Positions 27,001 through 39,000 of a DNA stretch of 39,925 nt are shown one piece after another (the first letter of the stretch is position 1; every line of letters starts with the position of its first letter). The translations under genes and the position numbers were made by a program. The DNA comes from Elusimicrobiota bacterium. Its GTDB lineage: Bacteria > CG03 > SLGR01 > JBDRKX01. The stretch is from the NCBI GenBank assembly GCA_043813605.1, contig JBDRKX010000131.1, forward strand, positions 1 through 39,925, written 5' to 3'. The notes beneath the pieces were generated by a model. The model was not told where the DNA came from and ran no database searches. It saw only the letters and a program-made list of their open reading frames with translations.

Positions 27001-30000
27001 TACTACTGCAAGCTCGTGGGATATAAAGAGATATGTAAGATCATGTTCTTTCTGCAGTCTCTTTAAAAGTCTGATAATATCCCTTTTAGTGCGTACATCC
27101 AGGCCGGCTACAGATTCATCGAGCACTATAAAATCAGGGTTCATGGCCAGCGCTCTTGCTATAGCTATACGCTGCCTCTGGCCGCCGGAGAATTCATGCG
27201 GGAACTTGTTCATATCTTCCCGCCTCATATCCACCATTTCAAGGAGTTCCCCGACCCTTTCTACTACCTTCTGTTTATCCCAGCCGTAATTCTGCATACC
27301 TTCGGATAATATATCCTTTGTAGTAAGACGGCCGTTGAAGGCCTTTTCCGAATCCTGGAAAACAAACTGAAACCTGTCACGCATGGGCCGCACTTCTTTT
27401 TCAGCGAGTTTTGATATGTCTTTTCCGTCAAAGAATATCTGGCCGCTTTCTTTGTCCGCTTCAAGGAGTCTTGTAATAAGTTTCCCGACCGTGGATTTTC
27501 CTGAACCGCTTTCTCCTACAAGCGCTGTCGTTTTCCCGCGTTTTATATCAAAACTGATCCCTTTTACAGCATAGTTCTTGTCTCCGGCAGAACTTACGAA
27601 TGTCTTACGCAGATCCCTGATTTGTACGAAAGAATCCTTGTCCAATTCCGTTACGGTTTCTTTTATATCTTCTCCCGCCGCCTCTTCTTCTGCCGGCTTT
27701 CTTATAAATTTGCCGATTATCTTATTGACCAGTACTCTCAGCGGGCTGTAGAATTTACGTCTTGCTTTCGGATGCGCATATCCATAGAAAATATCCGCCA
27801 TCATGTTACCCAGCAAAGTCAAAGAAGAAGCCACTACAACCATGGCCATTATTACAGGGTAATCCCTTGAAAGAACGCTCTTAAAAGAAAGCTGTCCCAT
27901 TCCGGGTATACCGAAAACATTTTCAAATATCACACTACCGCCTAAAAGACCCGGTATCGAAAGACCCAGCATCGTAATAAAAGGTATAGCTATATTTTTA
28001 AGCGCATGTTTTCCTATAACCTTTTTTTCGCTCAATCCTTTAGCGCGCGCTGCTGTAATATAGTCCTTTTTCAGGACTTCAAGCATATTGTTCCTCGTAT
28101 ACTGGAAAAATCCGGCCAGTCCGAGCAGAGTGCCTGTCACCATAGGCAGTACCATATGGTTCGCAATATCAGCGATCTGTCCGAACCAGCTCAATCCCTC
28201 ATATCCGAAAGAATGGAATCCCGAGATGGGGAACCAGCCGAGCTCTGCGCCGAAAAACATTATCATTACCTGCCCGAACCAGAAGACAGGTGTCGCAAAA
28301 CCTATATAGACAAATATCGTCGCCCATTTATCAAAAAGGCCGTCTTTCTTTAATGCAGCCTTTATGCCCATAATAAAGGCTATGGGTGTTCCTATTATCA
28401 TTCCAATAAAGTTAACAAAAATTGTTATCGGAAGACGTTCTTTTATAAGGTCCATTACCATCCTTCCTTCGGGCATGAACGAACGGCCGAAATCAAGATG
28501 GATTATGCCTTTGAGCCATTCCCAGTACTGAACCATTATCGGCCTGTCCAGGCCGTAAAAATCATGAAGTGCCTTTGCCGAGGCTTTCGGGTTAAGCTGT
28601 GTAAGCATATCTGTGGGACTTCCGGGAGCAAGGTGTATAATCCAGAAAGATATAATGGTTATACCGAGCAGTATCGGGATACTGTACAAAACCCTCCATG
28701 TCGGATATGAATACAGCTTGATGATCCCGAATCCTATAACAGCTAATGCTATCGCAGGAGCCAATCCCGATGTAAAAAAGAGGACAGCAGAACTTGCAAA
28801 GAATAAACTTCCGATACCTATCCTAAGAACAGAATCAATTTTATTTATTCTGTCCTCACCTTTAAGTGGCGGGCCCCGTTTATCTCCGCATTCATCCATT
28901 ATCTCAGTTATTATATTCACATGGTGCCTGCTTGCATGATACGTATTGATAAGTATTACATTTATGATGAAATACGGCTCCGGAACGCCTTCGCTTCTCA
29001 GATTACCCTCCATGTCCGCTACTTTGTGATTGACTATATTGTTCAGGGTTTCTATCGAATCTTTGAATTCGGAAAGCCTCTCACCTTTGTTTTCTTTTGC
29101 AAAACGCACAAGCTGGACGATTGCGCCGCCGATCTTGGCGCCAAGTTCATTTGCCTGGTTGCGGGCATCGTCAAACAGGGCAGGCACCCGGTCGTGTGAA
29201 GCTGTCACTTCTTCTATATTTTCCATCAATGCATCAGCAAGTTCATCGGCTTCACGCACCAGTCTCGCTATTTCCAGTTTATAATCCTTTTTGAAAATAC
29301 TTACTTCTTTTTCTGTTTCAGCGGCCCGGGTCTCTCCTTCGCCCAAAACAACATTTCTGATCGATTCTCTTGAAAGATTTTGCTCTGATATACCCCTGCT
29401 GCTGCTTTCCAGGGATTTAACACCATACTCTTTCAGAAGCCGTGCATAGAAATCGCCTGATTCTTCCAATCCCAGTATTTCCGTCACTTCGTCAACCGTG
29501 ATCTGTCCCTTAAAGAGGTCTCCGGGGATGATCCTGCATGTAGCTCCTTTTCTTGTCAGCCTTATTTTGTCATCCGGGCTCTTTTCAATTATCTTTTCAA
29601 TACTTTTTACAGCTTTTTCTTTGCTGCCCAGCAGGTTTATGAAAATATCCTTATGATCCTGGTATATTTCATTAAGCTTTATTCTTACTACTAACAGCTC
29701 TTCTTCTAGTCCCTGTTTCTGATCGGCAGTCATTGTGGCTTCTATCTGTTTACTTAGAAAATCCGCATAGTCCATTGTGTTACCAAGTATTGAAAGGAGT
29801 ATTTTCAGGTTTTCCGCATCAGTATTTTTAGATACCGATACTGCACCGTCAAGTTCTTCGAATTTCCGCCTGAATTCACTAAGGAGTAAAGCAATTTCCC
29901 TGCTGAGTAAATCGTCCTTGCTTTTTGACCAGATAGTTGCTGATACCAGGGACTGCAGCTTTGATATCAGCATATTACTTACATAATCAACTACCCTTAC

Positions 30001-33000
30001 TGTCTGTTCAAGATCGACCGGCCGCGCAGGCAGTTCTTTAGCCGCATCTTCAGGTTCATCCGTTTTTTCGGATACAGGGTCAATAATGACAGGTTCTTCT
30101 TCCTTAAGAATACTATCGAACACTTCCCTGTTATCCGTATATATACTATAAAGTTCCTTCCTTATATTAAAGAACTCCTTCTCAAGGTCGGCAGCGAAAG
30201 TTTCAGATGCATTTGATTCCACCTGTTTACTGAGATAATCTATATAATCCATAGTTTTACCCAGCTCTTCGCGTACAGACAGCAGATGTCCTATAGCTGC
30301 ATCATCGGATACCGGTTCTGCCGCATTGATGTTCTCAAATCCTTTTCTGATACCGGACAGAATAGAGAATATCTTCCTGCTCAGTTCATATTCTTTCTTC
30401 TTGGGCCAGACAGCACGGGTTATCGCAGTCTGTAACTGTGATACAAGTTCACCATTGAGTTTTTTTAGGTTTTCGACTGATTTTTCCAGATCTGCAATAT
30501 ATTCGTCTTTATCACCCGGTTCAACAGACGGTGCTTTCTTTTCAGGTCTCAGGGATGGCCGTTCCCCTGTCAACTGGTCTTTTTTACTTCTTTTGGCGAA
30601 ATCTATCAGTGTCGATCCTACAAAAGCAATAACAATAGCAGCAGCAGCAGCAGGTATGAAACCTATCACCGGGTAGGACATTAATGCACCTATTGCAATC
30701 ATGGCAAAAGTCCGGCCTATCTGTATTTCCGCATCGGTTATACTCTTGCCTTCAGTGAATTTTGTCAACAAATCGGCTAACTTTCCTCCGGCAGGCATAT
30801 TGTCTATCCCAGCCGGCTTTGTCTTTTTGCCTTTGATCGAAGGCAGCATCTTGCCAAGAGTACTACTTATGATGTTCTTTTCTTTTAACCGGGACACGAG
30901 CTTTTTTACCCACGGGAGCAGGAAATATCCCGCGACACCGAACAATGCGATCTTTGTTATTGTGCCGCTCCACGATCTTTCTATAACAGGTTCTGCCGCT
31001 TCATGTGTAGCGCTTATCGCATCCACCGCATACCCGAGAATAATACCGATAACCGGAATAGAAAGCAGTTTGCCGGTTAATGTTTTCTTATCTTTTTTCC
31101 GGGCTTTTTCTTTCTCTTTTTCTTCAAAAGCATTCACTTTTCTGACCATCTTCATCGCACGGTCCCTGTATGAGGTTTTTACGAGCTCTTGCCGATTCTT
31201 GAGCACGGATAATTCCTGGTCGATCGTCATCAACTGGCGGCGGGCATCCATAAGCGAAAAATTATTCAGCGCACTTTTTTTCAATGTGCTCTTAATACGC
31301 GATATGAGCCGGTCAAATTCCTCCTGGTCTATTTGTTTACGCTGCTCAAATATATAGGCTGTTACAGCTATTACGGCTGTTACAGATATGAGTCCCAGAA
31401 TACTTAAAATAGCCGTACCGAATCCTCCGAAAGGAAATATCTTAGTTTCATTCAGTTTCCTGTAGGTCTCCATAATGTCAAACGAGTAGGCGTTAGTGGC
31501 ATACCCCACAATGAGCCCGATGATCGGAATAGAAAGCAGTTTACCGGTTAAAGACATCTTTGTAAAAGATTTTTTCGGAGCTGTTCCCGGTTCAAAATCC
31601 TCTATTCTGATATCAGTATAATTTTCTATACCTACTCTCAGTATCAGGGATTTCCCTTCTTCCAGGATCTCGACAGATGTCCATTCGTCGATCATCTTCT
31701 GATCAGCGTTATAAAGACCGCTGTTTTTCAGTAACTCGATAAAATTGGAATATCCCGCAGTACTTTGAAAATCGATCTTTATATGACGGGTATCTATCCT
31801 GTCCATATCAGCGTTGCCTTTTAATATTTCAAAGATCCTGCCGGCATTATTCTCAAACCGCTCATCAAACACCCTGTAATAAGGGAGCAGATACCAGATC
31901 GCAGAAAATGCGTCATCTTCGCTCATGGCAGTACCGCGGTTCTTTCTTGCCCACCAGAGGTTGTTCCACACCTGCGAAAGGCTTTCAGGCTGACGCCAGA
32001 TCGTTACTCCACCGAGTTCCGCGCCTTCGTAATAGAGCACGTGGTTTACATAATCAAAATCCCTCTGGTCGCGCTGATCGGTGTATCCCAGATTAAAGGA
32101 ATCTGTAATGGCAAATTTCACGTCTTTGTTATACAGTCTCGCCGTATCTCTTACGCTTACAGGATCAATACCCCTTACATTTATAGTATCCAGGTAAGCC
32201 AGCACCGTATCAATTGAGAAGGACTCAGAAAGTTCTTCTTCCAGCTCTCCTTCTTTATAGACTGATTTTCGGGGCGCATATAATCTAAATGTGACCGTAT
32301 CGGATTTATCTATAAATCTGGCGGATTCCTTATATAAAGGAGTGTTTTCAGGCGTTATAATAATTATTTCATTCTTTTTAAGTGTACTGTTTACCAGTTT
32401 TGTCAGCTTGATATAAGATTCGGGATCAGCCGCGCTTCTAACATCTTCAAGCATTTTATAAAGAAAAGTATCATCTGTCGGAAATGTATCTGCCGAAACA
32501 CCTTCATATGATGACGGGTCTTTATTGCGTGCCGCTTCCAGCGCCAGCTCTCTGCCCTCGACATTTTCGGAGTCTCTCAGGTACTCTACCACCTTATCAA
32601 CAAGTACCTGCTCCTCTATTGTCTCAAGCAATACCTTATGCATCATCCTCTCAGATGCAAAAGAAGCGCTCAGATAATCATAATTCAAAGCTTTTTCTAC
32701 CCCGACTTCAAGGACAGCCATGAGCATTTCAAGAGTTACTACTCCTGCATGGCCCAGCCTGGAATAAAGAGCGTGATTTGCCAGCGGAGGTACGCCTTCA
32801 AGTTTTTTCGGAACCACATTGCCACTATCATCCAGTCCCATGCCCAGCAAAGAAAGAAAAGTCTCGGCCATATGGGCATCGTCCTGTCTCTGGGTCGGAG
32901 TCGATTCGTCCGGTGAACCCACGGGCGAATTATGGTTTCCTGATATTATGTTCCAGAGTATTCTGTGATGGTTGGCTATACTTACCGGATCATATTTTGT

Positions 33001-36000
33001 GATATCAGTAGCCTTCACAATGATATCAACGGCTTCTTTGAACTTTCCGGCTTCAGCATACCTGGAGAGTATCCTTGCACGGTCATTTTCGTCAATATCA
33101 GAAACAAGATCTTCTATCGTCGCGTTTACTGTAGGCCATTTTGGCACAATATACTTTGTTTTCTTTTCATTCCCTTCTTTCGCGACATAATCCGCCATGA
33201 ATATCAGGTTCATATCGGCAAGGTCTTCTTTGCTTATCTCTCCATCATATAATTCCAGCACATTTAAGAGCGCCCCGTATTCGCGTTTCAGGTCTTCAAA
33301 TGATTCTATACCTACCGCGCCGCGGATACCCGACGGGCTTATGCCGCCTTTCTCCTGGGCCGCCGCTTCCACCGTTATATGTGTCCCGCCTGACGGGCGC
33401 TCCATCAGCGTCCTGACCTGCCCGAGGCTGACCGACATTATGTACATGCGGAAATACTTCAGCAAATCTATCAGCTTGGTCGCATAACTGAATTTATTAA
33501 AGACATAGTACAGCATGTGTCCGCCGACAGTGAGCCTGTCCTTTGCATACCCGGAATCAATATGATCATTTCTCACAGGATACGCAGTAAAATCTATATA
33601 GGCTTTATTTGAGAGCCATTCCGCAAACCTTTCAGTATTCCTGCTCTGCGCTTCATAACGGATTTCCAGGTGTCTCAATCCCCTTATAGCCCGCTTGATC
33701 TCCAGCTCACCGGGAATAACATTTCTATGATCAGCAAGTTTCTCCAGCCATTCCTGTTTCGCGACAATAGATCCGCCCATTATGTTTCCTGAACCGGTCA
33801 GGCCTTTTGTTAAACCTGTCATGACCATATCAACCATATAAGTTTTCCCTTCGATGTCAGCGGTTATCTTAAACGGTTTTATCATCTCAGGCGTAGCAAA
33901 CGTATTGTCTACGAGCACAGCGGCACGGCCGTAGTTTATACTGAGAAGTTCTTCCGTGTTTACCATCCTCAGATTAGGATTAGTCACTGTTTCCGCGTAG
34001 ATCACAGCGGTTTTATCGTTTATCAGCCCCGCCAAATCTGTTTCTATATTATCGACAGAAAGAGATATAACCTTATAACCACGGCGCTGAAAGCTTTCGA
34101 AAAGGTTCTTTGTGCAGCCGTACGGGGGTTCTATTACTATTATCTCGGCGTCCGTGCCCTTATCTTCCAGCACAGCATCCACCATCATATTAATGGAAGG
34201 CATACCTGCAGGCGATATAAATCCGCCGAATTTTCCGTCTCTGGTATCTTCATATCCGGCATCAAGCACCGTCAGAGCCTGCTCTATCCGTACAAGGTCT
34301 TCGGAATAACCGGGAGACGCCTGGTATCCCAGCCTCGCTATACCCTGATCCTGCCCATTAAGGAGCCCGCGGATATATTTTCTTGAATCTCGTGCTGTTT
34401 TTCTAAATAGTTCTATTACTTCGCTCTCTTTTACCTCTGCGGTTTTTACAGCGGCTTTTTCTTTTGGAAAAATACCGTTCACCAGTTTGTAAAAAGCATA
34501 AAAACTTATCCCCAGCATAGCAGCCGGCATCGCCAGCAGGTAATAGGGACTGCCGGTCGTGACTATCTCCACGCCGAAAGCAGACGATATCAATGCCGCT
34601 AAAAATATAAGTGTCGAACCCATTGCGGCAGTTATAACTTTGAATCCTGATGGAAGCTTCTTTGCAGCAGACGCTTCTTCGGTAATTCTTACATCCAGTT
34701 TCCCGGCAACTGCCGGTTCGCCTATACCAAGATATCTCAGGAAAGCTTCTTCCCTGGGTTCACGCCCGAGGAATTCGGTAAACAGCGTTAATTCATCAAT
34801 ACTGCCGCCCTTTTCCAGCATCCGTCGGAATTTCATCCCCAGTTCCCTGCTAAAGACGCCCTGCTCTTCAAAAAGTGAAAATGCGTCAAAAGCGTATATA
34901 TTTGACCAGAGGTATCCGTAGTATCCGCTTTCGTATTTTTCAAGCGCAAGGTGTATCAAACCTGTGAAGAAATGCGTTCCGGGAGTTTCCGGTGTACCGG
35001 TCACTTTCTCAAATATCTTATGCATAAGAGTTTCGCTGTCTTCAAGCCTATTTGAATGAACTTCCTGCATGAATATACCAGATGCTATCTGATCCAGTGT
35101 ACCTGACGCTGCATTGAATCTTCTTGCAGCTATTACTTTTTCTATCAGGTCGTCCCGTCTTTCCGGATCGACTCTATTGCCCGATATCCTTTTGAGCACT
35201 TCGGCATTCCATGCGAAATGTTCACCGAACTGTGAAGCGAACTCGTTGTAATCAACCGCCGGATCCATGCTCCCGGCACCGATCTGGCCGTATCGTGTAT
35301 CTGAAAGACACATTGTCAGAAGATGAAAAAGCTCATGATAAAAAGTTACTACTTCACCGTGACTAAGAAGCGCCGGCGCATCGGCTGACGGTTTGGTGAA
35401 ATTACCTACCATCGACGCTATAGATTTCCTGCGTGTGCCGTCGGCAAATGTTATCCCTCTTCTGACACTGAACGCGGCCACATGCGGGAACTTGTCTTTG
35501 CGCGGGTAAAGGTCAAGATAGAAATGACCCATTTTCCTGCCCGTGTCCCTATCGCTTATCTCTATAAGGCGCACATCGCCTGCCCATGCACTGGTGGGTA
35601 CTTCAGTGAATTTTAAACCGAGGATCTCCTGGAGTATATCAAAAGTACCGTTAATAACATTATCCACAGGGAAGAGTTCGCGGACTTCTTCCGAGTCAAG
35701 ATCATACAGGTCCTTTTTCAGTTTATTGGAATAGTATGACTGTTCCCAGCTTTCAACGCGTTCCGCATCCGGATGGTCCTGGCGTTTTCTTTCAAGCAGC
35801 CTTTTCTCGTCTTCCTTGGCGGCTTCAGCTACTTTTTCCGCCATGTGGCTATGGAACTCCGCAACGTTTTCGGGTGTACCGGCAAGATTCTGTTTAAACA
35901 TATAGCGGGCGTATGTCTTGTCTTCTTCTTTTCCTTCAAGCAGTATTTCCGCCAGACGCTGACGGTTTGCCCGGAGTTTTTCCACAACTTCCAGGTTTTC

Positions 36001-39000
36001 CGGCGCACGAGTCTTGTACCTGAATTCGAGTTCTTTACGCAGACTCTCGTCTTCGGCAAGCGTCATCACCCTGCCGTAAACCGATCTGTCCAGCGGCAAT
36101 ATATATTTGCCTGTTTCTGTTTTATCAAAGTTTTTAATAAAATTTTCGGGAAGCCCTTTTAGCTGTGACTCCTCTACTTCAAGGCTGTTCTTATACTCAG
36201 CAAGATTTTTATTAAACTCAAGGTTAAGTTTCGAAATACTGTTTTTTACTTTTTTCAACTCTTCAAGAAGGTCTTTATCTGTGATCTCCATTCCATTGGC
36301 AACAAACCTTTGCATTATCTTTTCGAGTGTTCTTTCCTGCTCCTCATCCATTCTCTCTTCCCTGCCGAGATATTCGACCACTGCCTCATAGAGATCGCGC
36401 CGCATATATATATCTACTACTGTTGCGTCGCTTTTTGCCGCCATTTCCATAAATATCCTTCTTATTTTCCTATGTGGGGAAACAGCGCCCAGAAGTTCCG
36501 CCCAGCTGTCGAGAGAACTGGAATATTCAGAAAACTCCAGCCATGCCCTGTCGATGGCTCCTACAGTATTTTCGAAAGTCCTCTCAAATACCGGCAAGTC
36601 GATTATCTGTTTCAGATCGGCATTCAGTTTTTTCTCAGCTATTTCATAAAGCAGCTCAATATCTTCCGGCATAAAAGTGGAAAGATCGGATCCGGCTTCA
36701 GGCATTTCAACCGGTTTTATAGCATAGGGCCTGTTGTATATTTTGTTGAGGAGCCTGTCCAGAAGGCGCTCGCCGGTCTTCGTTATTGTCCGGTTTTCTG
36801 GAAGGAACGGTGTCCCCAGTCCGAGCATCCCGAGGATTTTGTTGATTATCGAGATCCTGGAATTTTTTATCTCTTTTAATGTTTCTATCAGCAGATCTAC
36901 TTCTTCCTGCGTATTTTCGAGTCCTAAACTCACACGGACAAGGCCAGGCATGAGTTTTGAAGTCAGCTTCGGCATCGTCTTGAATCCCAGGTAAGCCAGC
37001 GTATTGCCTATTATCCCTATATCCAGCAGTTTCTTTACAAGCAGGTGCGCGCAGAAACAGCCGCTTCTCACACCTATGCCGGCTTTGTTCGCGAGCATGT
37101 CCGCAACCAGGTTATGGGGCATATTTTTCATACTGAATGAAACGACCGGCCCCCGGTCTCTGAATCTCTCGGATTTGGCGTTTTCCACGCCGTAGACCTT
37201 CACACCGGCAATTCCTGCAAGACCATCGAGCAACCGGACAGTTAACTTGCTTTCTGCGTCTTCAACGACATCCATGCCTATGCGGTTTAACAGAACCATG
37301 GATTTACCGAGCGCGGTTATTCCAACTGCATTCTCTTCCCCTGAGCTAACAATTTCTGCAAGGAACCGGCTGTCAAACCCGGCTAAAAGTTCATTCTTAA
37401 TTACCAGTGCCCCAGTTCCGAACGGTGCATACATCTTGTGTCCGGAAAAAACCAGGTAATCAATATTATCTCCGGACATATTTATATTCTTATGTGCTGC
37501 AAGCTGAGCCGCATCAATAAGTATCTTTGCTCCATATTTATGCGCCATACTGCTCATAGCGGCCATATTATTAAAAGTGCCCAGCACATTGGACGCGCCT
37601 GTGACAGCAAAGAGTCTTATTCTTTTCCGGCCGTGTTTGTTTTCAACATTGTATTCTCTAAGTACCTTTTCAAGTTCTTTAAGATTTACGAAACCTTCTT
37701 CATCAACATCCAGTCTTGCAAGTGAAAAGCCCGGAATATTCCTCCAGGGAAGCTCATTGGAATTATGCTCCAGCACTGTATTCAGTATTACGGGTTCTTC
37801 TCCCTGTAAAGAATGTATTTTCAGGCTATCGGCCACAATGTTTGTCGCATCGGTCGTATTCAATGTAAATATCGGAGTATATATCCCGGTGGGAGCGCCG
37901 AAGAATCCGGCTATTATCTCTTTCACTTCGTCCGTAACGGCTTTTATCGTTCCGGCAGGCTGCCCGATTACTTTTTTCACTGTTTCCCAAATCGGACGGA
38001 ATGTCGGATTACTCGCCCCATTATCAAGATTAACATACGGGCTCAAACCCTCCGATGTCGGTACAAGAGCGTCTTTTCCCAACAGGGATTCCCGCAGCGC
38101 TTCCAGCAGTTTTTCTCCGGTGAGCTCCTTGAATTCATCATCGTACAATATTGAATCAACTGAAACACTTTCTCCTTTACCTGTAAACAGAGTATCGTCT
38201 CCGGTCTCTCTTATCATACTCAATGCGCCGGCAAATATCACGGCACCGGTAATATTCGGTGTTCCCGCTTCGAACCTGTCCGGCGCATCTGCGTATATGA
38301 CAGTATTTTTTGACACCATTTTGGCGTTTCCGCCGCCAACATATGGAGGGATACCCTTGGGCAACAGGTCTGTTCTTACAGCAAGCGCTCCGATACCCAG
38401 CGGCAGCCCTATATCATTACTGTAGACTTTCTTGGATACCAGTACCGAATGCTTGCGGGCAGCCGCAGGAGAACTCAACATATTGTTGATTGTTTCCAGA
38501 ATACTTGATTTACCGAAAATAACCGTATATTTTGCATTGAGGCCTAAGTAATCAAGGACTTCCTTCCTGGCTTCTTCATAAAGTTCGGTAGATATAATCG
38601 AATGCCGGCCGCTGCCCCTGTGTATATTCGAATATCTTTCCAGTGCTATTGAAGTTCTTTTTTCCAGGTCACCATATGCCTTTTCAGGTGTAAACCCTTT
38701 ATCTGTTTCTACAATTATTTCGGGTTTTTCATATATAACCGCTGCAATTCTCCTGATACTGCTTGATTTATGCGTAGACAGATATTCCTGGATCTTAAGC
38801 GGATTAGAAATAATTTCAGAAGTTACTTCAAAACTCAACGGATCTGAAAATATCTCTTCCAGCAATGTCTTAAACAGTTCAAAAGAATCTTTTTCTGTTA
38901 CACCCGTGATTTTTTCTGTCGATTCAACCAATTTTGCCATTAGCTCGATATTCTCTATGAAATAAGTGGGTGAATATTCGGATATATACCTGCTGTCACT

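Noticed and set aside
22699..28710. Calling separate oppA/B/C/D/F (and batA/B/C) genes
   Set aside because: No stops between modules; junctions translate as continuous linkers. Internal starts cannot be fully excluded.
30636..30653. (gca)n microsatellite
   Set aside because: It encodes five Ala in a TM helix; a trinucleotide unit cannot phase-shift the frame.
34321..34345. Possible +1 frameshift that would restore YSRLG in gamma-lyase copy 1
   Set aside because: The frame is open and protein-like on both sides (TM pair and M3 domain upstream in the same frame), so IARLG is taken as genuine. Read mapping would settle it.
17516..36059. Four short minus-strand ORFs (17516, 21411, 27264, 35829)
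   Set aside because: They are out of frame and nested within long coding modules of the giant ORF.
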